The notes below the pieces were generated by a model. That model had not been told where the DNA came from, did no database searches, and was given only the letters and a program-made list of their open reading frames with translations. From an uncultured Verrucomicrobiae bacterium (GTDB lineage Bacteria > Verrucomicrobiota > Verrucomicrobiia > Chthoniobacterales > UBA10450): a stretch of DNA of 64,000 bases. A program made the translations under genes and the position numbers. Shown piece after piece: positions 23,183 through 33,274 of this stretch (positions are counted from its first letter, which is position 1; every line of letters starts with the position of its first letter). The stretch is taken from NCBI GenBank assembly GCA_963772365.1, contig CAVYXA010000001.1, forward strand, positions 864,001 through 928,000, read 5' to 3'.

Positions 23183-24334
23183 ATGACAGCTACGTCTAAT
23201 CAGCCGGAAATCCTCGTCATCGATGATGAAATAGGCCCGCGCGAAAGCCTTCGGATGTTGCTTAAGCCGGATTACCAAGTCCATACCGCCGATTGCGTGG
23301 AAGCAGGTCTCAAGCTGCTCAAGGAGAAAACGCCCGATACCATTGTGATGGATATCCGGATGCCCGGCATGAGCGGCATCGATGGCCTGCGCAAAATTCG
23401 CGAAATTGATCCCAATCTTTCCGTCATCATGCTAACCGGCTTCGGCGCTCTGGAAACTGCTCGAGAAGCAATCCGGCTCGGCGCAAATGATTACATCAGC
23501 AAGCCGTTTGATGCCACTGAAATGCGAGAAGTCATCGACCGCAACGTCGAGCGGACGCGTCTTCATCGCACCAGTGAACATACTTCCGCCGAGATCAAGG
23601 AACTGAACAATCGCCTGCTCAAGGAACTCGCCCAGAAAGAACGACTCGCCGCCCTGGGCCAGGCTTCGGCCGAATTCGTCCATGATTTGGGTAACCCGCT
23701 AACGATCGTATGGGGTTACGTGCAACTTCTGGCCAAAAAGCTGGAGGGCTCTGATAATGGCCAGGCGCCCGACAAAGCCTTGTCCGTTCGGGAACTGAAC
23801 ATCATCGAAGAAAATGTCCGGCTTTGCCGCGAACTGCTGACCATGTGGCAAAGTTACGGTAGCGTTGACGCCTGTATCCGCAAACCGATTTCCGTATCGG
23901 ACATCGTCCGTGAGATTCTCAAGGGTGTCGGTCAAATGGCAGCCGAGAATGGAATCGAGCTGAAATCGGATGTGTGTGAAGATGCCTGCTCTCTTCTCGG
24001 CGACCCAGTTCAAATCCGGCGCGCCATTCAAAATGTCGTGATCAACGCATTGCAGGCTTCGACGGAGAAAAAGCACCCGGTTTTGGTGACGTGCGTACGG
24101 AAAGATTTTTATGTCGACATCATTGTCGAGGATGGCGGGACCGGAATTGATGCAGCGCACATCGAAAAAATCTTTGATCCATATTTTACCACTAAAAAAG
24201 GCAGGAGCGGAACCGGCCTGGGCCTCTACATCACGAAAAAAGTTGTCGAGGATCACAATGGTTCGATCAAAGTAGATAGCGCCATCGATAAGGGAACGGT
24301 TTTCACGATCCGGCTGCCTCTCACGAACAATTAA
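23183..24334 (+). CDS. REC-histidine kinase hybrid
   Basis: [36 protein letters not shown]. Confidence 0.92.
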   Translation: MTATSNQPEILVIDDEIGPRESLRMLLKPDYQVHTADCVEAGLKLLKEKTPDTIVMDIRMPGMSGIDGLRKIREIDPNLSVIMLTGFGALETAREAIRLGANDYISKPFDATEMREVIDRNVERTRLHRTSEHTSAEIKELNNRLLKELAQKERLAALGQASAEFVHDLGNPLTIVWGYVQLLAKKLEGSDNGQAPDKALSVRELNIIEENVRLCRELLTMWQSYGSVDACIRKPISVSDIVREILKGVGQMAAENGIELKSDVCEDACSLLGDPVQIRRAIQNVVINALQASTEKKHPVLVTCVRKDFYVDIIVEDGGTGIDAAHIEKIFDPYFTTKKGRSGTGLGLYITKKVVEDHNGSIKVDSAIDKGTVFTIRLPLTNN

Positions 24335-24448
24335 AGCGTAGGCACGTCGCTCTGCACCGTTCCCGCAGTTTGGGGCCCGCGCCACGACCTGCGGATTGAA
24401 AATCACGTTTCGCTTGTCAGTTCTCGCGCGTTTCGTTTTGCTGAATGC

Positions 24449-26503
24449 GTGGCATCGGCGTACCAAGTCGCACCATTATTCTTAATCCGGATGGCCAGCG
24501 TGCCGTTTGATGCAATTGAACCGCTGTCCACGCCGGAGACGATCAAGATTGCGCGTGAAATAATTGCGGCGCCGAACGATGTAATTGCTTCGGGGCGCCT
24601 GAGTGAAATGGTGGTCCGTGAAGTCGGGTCAGCGCGAGCCTCACTTTGGAACGCCGCTCGGAATTGGCTCGCGCCCTATCTTGTTTTCGCAGGCAGCGGA
24701 GGCGTGCGCGAATTGCTTGCGCTTCTGCTGGGCAAACCAGATGTTGATCTTACGCGACGCAACTCGCGCGCCGGCGATCGCGAACGACATTTGCTCCTAT
24801 TTATTCAAAGGATCACCGCTAAGAACGACACCTTCAGTCGTTTCGGCCCCACTAGCTGGGGCAGAGTCGAACGCGACGAAAACGGAATCACCATCGATGT
24901 CCTACCGGGGATCCGTGCGCAGGAAGCTTTTCTGGAGCGTTGGACAGCTCACGCCGTCGCTGATGTAATCAATTCCGAAATTACCGATGCCAATATTCGA
25001 GTGCCGGCGCTCGAGCCGCATGCTTTCGAAATCTTGTGCGAGGATGTGGAAAAATGGCAAGCCGGCGCAGCTCGCGAAAGGTGGATCTCAATCCTCCGTT
25101 CCATAGCGGCCCTGCCGAAAAAATTCGTGGCCGCAGTGGATACAAGCGATCGACAGTCGATCCTCGATGAGGCTCGGGAACGACTCGGCGCAGTTGGTGC
25201 AGTTCGAACCCGCACCGATCGCTTCCTTTATGCAGCGACTAATCCGATCGGCGAAGAATGTTTTCGCAAAAGCAATTTCTCAATCCCCCAAAGTTCGATC
25301 GACGAACTCGTCGAGGATAGCTCACCATGGATCGATTTGTTCCGTGACACCTATGCATTCGTAGCCAGTCGCGTCGCTGCGACTCTGCGCCAGATCATGG
25401 AAAGAGCGGGCGGGAAAAGCGGCGCTATACCGCTGCCAGTATTCTTAAAGACTTGCGAAGTGGCGAGGCTTCCACTAACCGGCCCGGGTTTGATCGCGCC
25501 CGCAGTTATAGCCTTTCAGGAAGTCAAAGCCGCGTTTGCGGACCGGCTGCGGCGGCATCTCGATCTTAATGAATACGAACTTACGGCGGACGATTGTCAC
25601 GTTGTGCGAAACAATTTTGAATATTCAAAGTTTGATGAATACACCTATCCGTCAGCCGATTTGCAGATCGCAGCGGAGTCCACACAGGCGCTCGCGCGAG
25701 GCGATTATCAATGGCTGCTGGCAGAATTGCATCCAGCGGCGGCGCTGCTTCAACACTGCATGTATTGGGCGTGTCCGGACAAGCCGGTGCTGAATGCCGC
25801 AATCGCTCGTACAACTCTTGGCCGGCCGAATTTTCATTTTGGGTTTTTTGCGGCCGATTTCACGGCGCACACCTGCGTGCACCTTTTCGATGCGCTGCCG
25901 GACTTAACCAGCTTCGTCGCGCCGCAGCGTAGTAATCCTAAATGGCGAACGATTTCTCCCGCCGAAACAGAAGTATATGCCGATCAAAACACAGGGGACG
26001 TTTGTCTCCGTAAGATCGACAGTCGCGAGTATCTCGGGTCATTTGCTCGGGCGTGGGTGATTCCGCTTGGTTTTCATCCCTTCCAATTTGGAATGGCGCC
26101 GCACACGCCACGGCTCCATTGCGGCAAAGTGATTGTCCAACGGCGTACTTGGACAGTTACCATAGAGGAATTTGGCTCCGGAGACTTCAAGGGCGTTTCG
26201 AGCGATCTCGTCCTGGCCGTTGAGAACTTGCGCGCACGGCGCGACTTGCCGCGATACATTTACATTCGTCCAACCGAGCAAGCGCTTCGCCGCAGCGGTG
26301 CGGAAGGGCGCGACAAAGATACCAAGCCGGTTTTTGTCGATCTTGAGAGCTATCTGTTTCTCGAAATTTTTTATCGCTGGTTAATCAAAGCGGGAGAACT
26401 GGAAGTAACCGAGATGTTGCCCGATCCGGATCATTTGCTCTGGAAAGAACCGGATGGCCGCCACACCTTCGAGCTGCGCACGCTCATTGTTCCACGCGAA
26501 TGA
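24449..26503 (+). CDS. Stand-alone lantibiotic dehydratase N-terminal (LanB-N / PEARL-like) protein
   Basis: RITAKNDTFSRFGP, AELHP, HTPRL..GKVIVQRRTW, LPRY, KPVFVDLES, EMLPD, ELR; no elimination domain. Confidence 0.8.
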   Translation: MASAYQVAPLFLIRMASVPFDAIEPLSTPETIKIAREIIAAPNDVIASGRLSEMVVREVGSARASLWNAARNWLAPYLVFAGSGGVRELLALLLGKPDVDLTRRNSRAGDRERHLLLFIQRITAKNDTFSRFGPTSWGRVERDENGITIDVLPGIRAQEAFLERWTAHAVADVINSEITDANIRVPALEPHAFEILCEDVEKWQAGAARERWISILRSIAALPKKFVAAVDTSDRQSILDEARERLGAVGAVRTRTDRFLYAATNPIGEECFRKSNFSIPQSSIDELVEDSSPWIDLFRDTYAFVASRVAATLRQIMERAGGKSGAIPLPVFLKTCEVARLPLTGPGLIAPAVIAFQEVKAAFADRLRRHLDLNEYELTADDCHVVRNNFEYSKFDEYTYPSADLQIAAESTQALARGDYQWLLAELHPAAALLQHCMYWACPDKPVLNAAIARTTLGRPNFHFGFFAADFTAHTCVHLFDALPDLTSFVAPQRSNPKWRTISPAETEVYADQNTGDVCLRKIDSREYLGSFARAWVIPLGFHPFQFGMAPHTPRLHCGKVIVQRRTWTVTIEEFGSGDFKGVSSDLVLAVENLRARRDLPRYIYIRPTEQALRRSGAEGRDKDTKPVFVDLESYLFLEIFYRWLIKAGELEVTEMLPDPDHLLWKEPDGRHTFELRTLIVPRE

Positions 26504-27291
26504 AAATCATTGCCATTGCCAATCAGAAAGGCGGCGTGGGAAAAACCACTACTGCGGTCAACCTCGGTTGCGCCCTAGCGGAAAAAGGGCAGCGCATTTT
26601 GCTTGTCGATTTTGATCCTCAGGCCAACGCCACTAGCTCGTTTGGTTTGCAAAATTTGAATGGATCGAGTCTGTATGAACCGTTACTCGGCGAAGCATCG
26701 ATCATCGACAAGATTGTTCCGACTCGCTGCGAGCGCTTGTTCATAATTCCGGCCGATCTCGACCTGGCCGGCGCCGAATTGGAAGTCGCCAGGATGGAAA
26801 ATCATCTTTCCCGTCTGACGGAAACTCTCCAGCCGCTGCGCGCCGACAATACTTTCGATTTCGTGCTGCTCGATTGTCCGCCGTCTCTCGGCATCTTAAT
26901 GACAAACGCTCTGGCCGCCGCCAATGAGCTTCTGACTCCAATCCAGTGTGAGTATTTCGCTCTGGAAGGCCTGGTGAAAATTGTGCGCGTAGTCGAACAA
27001 ATCCGCGATTCCGGCGCGAATGATCGCCTCGAGATCGGCGGCATTGTCATGACGATGTTCGACAGTCGCACAAATTTGAGCGCCCAAGTTGTAGCGGATG
27101 TGCGCAAACATTTTGGACCGCGCGTTTACGAAACAGTGATCCCCCGCACTGTTCGATTGAGTGAAGCACCAAGCTTCGGCCAATCGATCCTCGAATACGA
27201 TCCGCGCGGACCTGGCGCCAGCGCCTATCGCGCTCTGGCAGAGGAATTCCTGAAGCGACAGTCGATCGTGTTTGCAACCCAGTCTCACTGA
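26500..27291 (+). CDS. parA: ParA/Soj-family ATPase
   Basis: NQKGGVGKTTT, DFDPQAN, DCPPSLG, PIQCEYFALEG, RLSEAPSFG. Confidence 0.93.
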   Translation: MKIIAIANQKGGVGKTTTAVNLGCALAEKGQRILLVDFDPQANATSSFGLQNLNGSSLYEPLLGEASIIDKIVPTRCERLFIIPADLDLAGAELEVARMENHLSRLTETLQPLRADNTFDFVLLDCPPSLGILMTNALAAANELLTPIQCEYFALEGLVKIVRVVEQIRDSGANDRLEIGGIVMTMFDSRTNLSAQVVADVRKHFGPRVYETVIPRTVRLSEAPSFGQSILEYDPRGPGASAYRALAEEFLKRQSIVFATQSH

Positions 27292-27304
27292 TACCCTTTG
27301 ATCG

Positions 27305-28423
27305 ATGCCGAAAACGAAGACAAAAGCGGCCAGTAAAAATATTCATGCCGTCCTCGGCTCCGATGAAGCTGAGGTCAAACGTGTGGCGACGGAGTTGTCC
27401 GAAAAGCTGACGCCGCCGGGCGCGGGCGACTTCGGATTGGAAATTATCGACGGCGCGGTCGAGAGCGCCGATCAGGCGGCGGCTCGAATCGGATCGACAA
27501 TTGAAGCATTGCGAACGTTACCTTTCCTCGGTGGCGGAAAATTGGTTTGGCTGAAGAACGCGAATTTTCTTGGCGATTCGCCTGCGAGTCGGGCTGCCGC
27601 TGTTCAGGAACGTCTCGATGAGTTGGGCGCGCTGATCGAAAGCGACCTTGGCCCCGACGTCACGTTCCTGATCAGTGCCGTTGATGTAGATAAACGCCGA
27701 TCTTTTTACAAACTGCTTTCCAAACGCGCCGAACTGCAGGTCTTCGACAGGCTCGATTCATCGCGAACCGGCTGGGAAGAGGAAGCAATGGAACTCGTTC
27801 GGAACCATGCCAGGAAAAAGAAACTTCAATTCGACGATGATGCGCTTGAGTTGTTCGTCCTGCTCACCGGAGGCGATACCCGCCAGATCGAAAATGAATT
27901 GGACAAGATCGACATCTTTCTCGGCAAAGAGCGCAACATCAGCGCGAACCAAGTGCGCGAACTCGTGCCGCTTTCCCGGGCAGGAGTGATTTTTGAACTG
28001 GGAAATGCGCTGGCCGAGCGCGATCTGAAACGAGCGCTCACACTGGTGCGGCGACTTCTCGACCAGGGCGAGAGCGCCATCGGCATCTTGCTGGTTGCGG
28101 TTGTGCCGACCATCCGAAATTTGCTGCTGGCGAAAGATTTGATGGAGCGGCATCGATTACCGCGGCCGCATGTTCCATTTCAGTTCATCTCCGCGATCAA
28201 TCGGCTCCCCGCCAACGCTACAGAACATCTGCCGCGCAAGAAGGATGGCGCGATCAGCGGTTATGCACTGGGGATTGCCGCTCAGCATGCTGACCGATTC
28301 CAAACCGCGCAGTTGATCGAAGGCATGCGAGCGTGTCTGGAAGCGAATCTCCAGCTGGTTACAACCCAGCTCGATCACGAGCTGATCTTGACGGAGACCG
28401 TGGTGAAGTTACTGGGGCACTGA
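27305..28423 (+). CDS. holA: DNA polymerase III delta subunit
   Basis: TLPFLGGGKLV, DKRRSFYK, GGDTRQIENELDK, IFELGNAL. Confidence 0.85.
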   Translation: MPKTKTKAASKNIHAVLGSDEAEVKRVATELSEKLTPPGAGDFGLEIIDGAVESADQAAARIGSTIEALRTLPFLGGGKLVWLKNANFLGDSPASRAAAVQERLDELGALIESDLGPDVTFLISAVDVDKRRSFYKLLSKRAELQVFDRLDSSRTGWEEEAMELVRNHARKKKLQFDDDALELFVLLTGGDTRQIENELDKIDIFLGKERNISANQVRELVPLSRAGVIFELGNALAERDLKRALTLVRRLLDQGESAIGILLVAVVPTIRNLLLAKDLMERHRLPRPHVPFQFISAINRLPANATEHLPRKKDGAISGYALGIAAQHADRFQTAQLIEGMRACLEANLQLVTTQLDHELILTETVVKLLGH

Positions 28424-28484
28424 TCAACCATAGAGCGTTTCTTTGAACCCCGAACGCGTTCGGAGGGCACAGCCGCCCTATAAA

Positions 28485-28919
28485 TTACGGTCGGCTCGCC
28501 ACCTGTTTTCGAGCCATCGGACCAACGTATGGAATGTCCCAGTAAACGCTGGTGAACGCTTTGACCGTGGCGATGATCCAGATGACCAGAAAAAGAAGTT
28601 GGACAAGACCGGCAATCACAGACCAGAGAAAATTCAAAAAGCCGCCAACGCCGGGTATGCTGCTGAAAATGAGATGCACGATTCCGGACGCAATGTTGAA
28701 CAGCAGCCAGGCAAAACCGAAAATGATCGACTGCATGGCGTAAAAGCGCACAAACGAATTCCGCTTTTCCAAAATATAAAAAATGACTCCGCCGATGAGC
28801 GGGATGCAGGCAATCGCCGCCGCCAGGTTCGGCGGCAGATCGGTCGAGGAAGGCTCGCTCGTTGGAGCGGCCTCAGGAATCAAAGGCGGCGGTGGGATCG
28901 GCTCGGTTGGATCGGCCAT
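28485..28919 (-). CDS. DUF4870-like membrane protein
   Basis: FVRFYAMQSI, three TM segments, IPYVG. Confidence 0.75.
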   Translation of the reverse strand: MADPTEPIPPPPLIPEAAPTSEPSSTDLPPNLAAAIACIPLIGGVIFYILEKRNSFVRFYAMQSIIFGFAWLLFNIASGIVHLIFSSIPGVGGFLNFLWSVIAGLVQLLFLVIWIIATVKAFTSVYWDIPYVGPMARKQVASRP

Positions 28920-29026
28920 GGCTTACATACACAAACTCAGACACGATTTTGTCAAGCCAACTTCACTGGTGGTTCTTCGATTTTCATTTTGGCGCAGACG
29001 CGACAATCGTTACTCTGAGGTTCTCC

Positions 29027-30089
29027 GTGATTGAACTGAAAATTTACCCGGATGTTCCCGCGATAATTGGGACTGGGGTCCTCAAACGATTGGTCGACTT
29101 TGCGAACAAGAATCTGGGACCGCGCTGCGCAATCATTTCGGATACAAATGTGGCCAAACTTTTCGGAGAACAAGTTCGACAAAATCTCTCGGCAGCCGGT
29201 TTAGAACCAATTTTGATTACAATTCCAGCCGGCGAACAATCGAAAACGTTGCAGCAAGCCGGCACAATTTGCGACCAGATGATTGCGTCGAGATTGGATC
29301 GACAATCGTTCGTAGTTGGTCTGGGCGGCGGTGTTATCGGTGATATCTCCGGATTCGTCGCGGCGATTTTCCATCGTAGAATTCCGCATGTGCAAATTCC
29401 GACAACGTTGCTGGCGATGGTGGACAGCTCGATCGGCGGCAAGACCGGAGTGAACACGCACGACGCAAAGAATTTGATCGGCGCCATCCATCATCCAGCG
29501 CTCGTGATCGACGATGTCGATTTTCTAAAGACCTTGCCGCCGCGCGAGCTCAACCAGGGGTTTGCCGAGATCATCAAGCACGCCGTCATCGCCGACGCGG
29601 AGCTGTTTGCTGATTTGCAGCAGGCCAGCCGAAAAGAATCTCTGGATCTGCCAGAGTTAATTCGGCGCAACATCGAGATCAAGTCCCGCATTGTTGCGCA
29701 GGATGAATTAGATCGAACAGGACCCCGCGCTTTACTCAACTTTGGGCACACCGTTGGTCACGCCATCGAAAGGGCGAGCGATTACAAAACCTTTCTCCAC
29801 GGTGAAGCAGTCAGCCTCGGAATCGTCGCTGCGTCCAACGTTTCGACGAAGAAAGCCGGTCTGCCGTACCGAGCAACGCGACCCCATCGTCGATCTTCTT
29901 CGCGCTTTCGATTTGCCAACAAAGCTGCCGTCAGATTTTCCCCGGGCGAAGATTTTCGAAGCGCTGCCGTACGACAAAAAATTCGATAGCGGAGAAGTGC
30001 GTTTTGTCGTAACTGAGCGAATCGGGTCCGCCCATTTATCGAACGACATCACGATGGAAGATATTCGTGAAGCGGTTTTAGCTTTGTAG
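29027..30089 (+). CDS. aroB: 3-dehydroquinate synthase (frameshift ~29868)
   Basis: GGGVIGD, PTTLLAMVDSSIGGKT, LNFGHTVGHAIE, HGEAV, DKK. Confidence 0.95.
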
Positions 30090-30107
30090 GAAAGCTGCCT
30101 TGAGTGA

Positions 30108-30220
30108 AAAGCAATGCGAGGACGCATCGCACTCCTAAAGCTTCGCAAAAACATGGCGCGCATTTCTCCATTTTCGCACGCAGTACTTTCGGAGTGCGTT
30201 ACGCGTCGCCGCGTCGCTTT
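30108..30220. repeat. REP-like paired palindrome (family shared with 55868-55966)
   Basis: aaagcaatgcgaggacgcatcgcactcctaaag ... ctttcggagtgcgttacgcgtcgccgcgtcgcttt. Confidence 0.65.
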
Positions 30221-31548
30221 CACTTGCGCGCGTTGCGATAGTAGTTGGTCAGTCCTTCGACAACTCCATCCGCATATTCGCGGAAAATGCTTTTGCGCTC
30301 GCGGCCGTTGATATTTTCTGTGCCTTTATAATCGCCGGCCTGGATCCGAGCAAACGCGTCGCGGCTGTTCATTACGTAGGGCTCGCAGTAAACGACCGGG
30401 CAACGATAAATTCGCGTTGCCAGCAAATTCCGCGCATAGACGTAACCTGTCGATCCTACTTTCGTCGTCACGAGCGTGGTTGGATATTGATAGGGTGGCA
30501 ATTGAGTCTCCTCCGCCATGGCGGCGGCAACGGAATCCGCCAGCGGCAGCTCTTCATCATAAACGCGGCTGAGCAGACGGCGGATCATTTCAAAGCGCTC
30601 GTCATCGAGTTCGAGTTCCTCAGGCAAATACGAACCATTCACCAGCAAATGCAGATGGTTGGTGTCGGTTAAGATCGGATGTTTCGGATCGCCCCATCCT
30701 TCGGCATTGAAGTGCAAACAGAGCACGAGATCCGGATGCAATTTCGTGTTAACAAAAACTGCCCGGCGGCGGATCTCGCTGTAGCGATAAAATAAAATCT
30801 CGCTCTGCCATTTTATCGTTTTCTCTTTTTCGGGGTCGTTCGGGTCGAGCACATCCTCGCGTGGTCGCGGCACTCCGTTCTTGATCAAAATTTTCCTGGC
30901 CAGCTCTTTGAAATCGTCGGGCCGTTTCACGGTGATCGGTTCGGTGCTTTTTCGAACAAAGGAGACGCTTGCGCCCAGTTTGCCCAATTGCGGAGCAAGC
31001 AACCGCGCCACGCGCAAAGTCAAATCGCCTTCGGTCACGGGCTCGCTTTCGCCGACTCGGAACCAGCGCTCCTCCATTTTCGCCCAACTTCCGCCGAGAT
31101 GGCCGGGATCGAGCGCAATTCGCAAGCCATCGAGCGGTTTGTCATCGGTCGGAGGCGGCAAAGCCGCGGCCGGATGCCAAAGCCGTGGCACATGCTCGCG
31201 GGAAGCGTTATCAGCGGCAAATCGCAGTGTGAAATAATTGTGTGACGCGCGATCCTTTAGAATCTGCACGGAATCGTTGTCGATCTTGAGGAGATCATCG
31301 GCAAAGCCGTGCGTGCAATAAACATCGCGAAGCAAATGTTCGAATTCATCGTGCGTAATCGTTTGCTGATAATGCTCGAGAACATGCCAGCGCGGTTTGC
31401 TGCCAAGAATGCTGACGGTTCCAGCTGCATGAAGAGTTATCGGCAGGATCGACAACAGAAAAAATGACGAGACGCGAATGGCGAAGGACGAACGAGAACG
31501 CGGAGTTCCTTGGAATTCATCATTCATTACTAATTCGACATTCGTCAT
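30220..31548 (-). CDS. N-acetylmuramoyl-L-alanine amidase-like (Amidase_3) exported protein; start uncertain
   Basis: IALDPGHLGG, TEGDL, LCLHFNA, VYCEP Zn-amidase pattern; upstream part of the track ORF overlaps ymdB antisense. Confidence 0.7.
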   Translation of the reverse strand: MTNVELVMNDEFQGTPRSRSSFAIRVSSFFLLSILPITLHAAGTVSILGSKPRWHVLEHYQQTITHDEFEHLLRDVYCTHGFADDLLKIDNDSVQILKDRASHNYFTLRFAADNASREHVPRLWHPAAALPPPTDDKPLDGLRIALDPGHLGGSWAKMEERWFRVGESEPVTEGDLTLRVARLLAPQLGKLGASVSFVRKSTEPITVKRPDDFKELARKILIKNGVPRPREDVLDPNDPEKEKTIKWQSEILFYRYSEIRRRAVFVNTKLHPDLVLCLHFNAEGWGDPKHPILTDTNHLHLLVNGSYLPEELELDDERFEMIRRLLSRVYDEELPLADSVAAAMAEETQLPPYQYPTTLVTTKVGSTGYVYARNLLATRIYRCPVVYCEPYVMNSRDAFARIQAGDYKGTENINGRERKSIFREYADGVVEGLTNYYRNARK

Positions 31549-31584
31549 TGGGATTTCGTCGTTTTTCAAATACGATCCTGTTCG

Positions 31585-32403
31585 ATGTTGAGGATACTTT
31601 TTCTCGGTGACGTGGTGGGCCAGCCGGGGCGAAATGCGATTATCACGCGCTTGCCTGAATTGAAGGAACAGCTCTCGCTCGATTTCATCGTCGTGAATGG
31701 CGAGAACGCAGCGGGCGGGCGCGGGATCACCGGAAAAATTACCATCGAGCTCCTGCGTGCCGGTGTATCGGTCATTACCACCGGCGATCATATCTGGGAC
31801 CAAAAGGACATTCAGAGCTTTATCGATACGGAACCGCGCTTGCTGCGGCCGGTAAATTATCCGGTTGGCGCGCCGGGGAACGGATCGATCGTGTTGGAAA
31901 CATCCAAGGGGAAAGTCGGCGTGATCAATGTGCAGGCGCGAACGTTTATGCAACCGATCCTGGAAAATCCATTTCACGCTGTCGAAGCAGCTGTGGCCAA
32001 GGTGCACGAGGAGACCGTTAACATCGTTGTCGATGTTCACGGCGAAACGACGAGCGAGAAGATTGCGTTGGGCCGATTTCTGGATGGAAAGGTCTCGGCC
32101 GTAATCGGCACTCACACGCACGTGCAAACCGCTGACGAACAAATTTTCCCCGGCGGCACCGCTTTTCTTTGTGATGCCGGCATGTGTGGGCCGGTAAATT
32201 CCATTCTTGGTCGGACAATCGAGCCGATCATGAGCCGGTTTGTATCAAATCTGCCGATCGCGTTTCCGATTGCTCCGGGCGAAGTTCGATTGCGCGGTGC
32301 ATTGATCGACATCGACGAAGAGACTGGCCGCGCCTTGCGCATCATCCGCGTAGATGAACCGGGGACGACGACCGCAGAAAAATCCTCCGATCAACCGTCT
32401 TAA
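31585..32403 (+). CDS. ymdB: YmdB/TIGR00282 metallophosphoesterase
   Basis: GDVVG, NGEN, TGDH, HGETTSEK, GTHTHVQT. Confidence 0.92.
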   Translation: MLRILFLGDVVGQPGRNAIITRLPELKEQLSLDFIVVNGENAAGGRGITGKITIELLRAGVSVITTGDHIWDQKDIQSFIDTEPRLLRPVNYPVGAPGNGSIVLETSKGKVGVINVQARTFMQPILENPFHAVEAAVAKVHEETVNIVVDVHGETTSEKIALGRFLDGKVSAVIGTHTHVQTADEQIFPGGTAFLCDAGMCGPVNSILGRTIEPIMSRFVSNLPIAFPIAPGEVRLRGALIDIDEETGRALRIIRVDEPGTTTAEKSSDQPS

Positions 32404-32453
32404 GGTTCAGAATAGTCGAATTGTACCACCAGCCTGCGGGTGGTCTTTCAGAA

Positions 32454-33044
32454 TCAAGAATTAGCTTCCGCCTGTTCGTTAGAAGTGTGGGAATTAGTCC
32501 CTTCCTTTACCGGAATAAATCGACGTTTCCGCCGATTAGCAGGAAGCGGTGAAAGCGTCATCGTGATGTTACGCCCGGTGATCTTCGGCTCCATTTCCAC
32601 CTGCGACATACCCGCGAGATCGTTTTTTACCCGGTGCATAAGCTGCATTCCGAACTCCTGATGCGCCATTTCCCGGCCGCGAAACTGCAACTGCACTCGG
32701 ACTTTGTTTCCCCGGTCAAGGAACTCTTCGCCGTGGCGAACTTTGGTGAGGTAATCGTGCTCGTCGATGTTTACCCGGAACTTGATCTCCTTCAGGCGCG
32801 TGCCCGAAGGCCGCTTGTCCTTTTCCTGCTTGGAGATGTCGTACCGAAACTTGCCAAAGTCGACAATCTTGCACACCGGCGGGTTTGCCGTAGGAGCAAT
32901 CTCGACCAGATCGAGCCCCATGGTTTGTGCTTTGCGCAAGGCATCAGACAGTTTCATGACGCCAAGCTGTTGGCTGGTGGACCCTAGAATGACCCGGACT
33001 TCGCGCGCGCGAATCCGACCGTTTACACGAATTTGTGGTTGCAG
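32454..33044 (-). CDS. infC: Translation initiation factor IF-3, non-AUG start
   Basis: IRVNGRIRAREVR, LDLVEI, PPVCKI, KEIKFR, FRGRE; frame closed upstream by TGA leaving CTG 33044 or ATT 33032. Confidence 0.95.
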   Translation of the reverse strand: MQPQIRVNGRIRAREVRVILGSTSQQLGVMKLSDALRKAQTMGLDLVEIAPTANPPVCKIVDFGKFRYDISKQEKDKRPSGTRLKEIKFRVNIDEHDYLTKVRHGEEFLDRGNKVRVQLQFRGREMAHQEFGMQLMHRVKNDLAGMSQVEMEPKITGRNITMTLSPLPANRRKRRFIPVKEGTNSHTSNEQAEANS

Positions 33045-33274
33045 ATTAAATCAAGCTCCTGGTCGTCGGGGCGAGGAGTGCATCGCCGCTCCGTATTTCG
33101 TTCATCGCAATCCCGGTCGCCGTCATTTCCGGCCGGGGCACTCGATAATCGCCACAGCTGCGATCCACTGTAACGATGTACTCGTATTAAACTTCGCAAG
33201 ACGAAGTGAAGTTGTAGGCAACATTCGTGCCCTGGCAAGACCAATCTGGTGACCCGACTCCCGCGAGGTCGAGA

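Noticed and set aside
24339..24356. Sigma54-like GGCACG...TGCA ahead of the LanB-like gene
   Set aside because: Spacing is GG-N11-GC; more likely part of a GTAG-type repeat
31549..32142. N-terminal 200-aa extension of the amidase ORF
   Set aside because: Antisense shadow of ymdB
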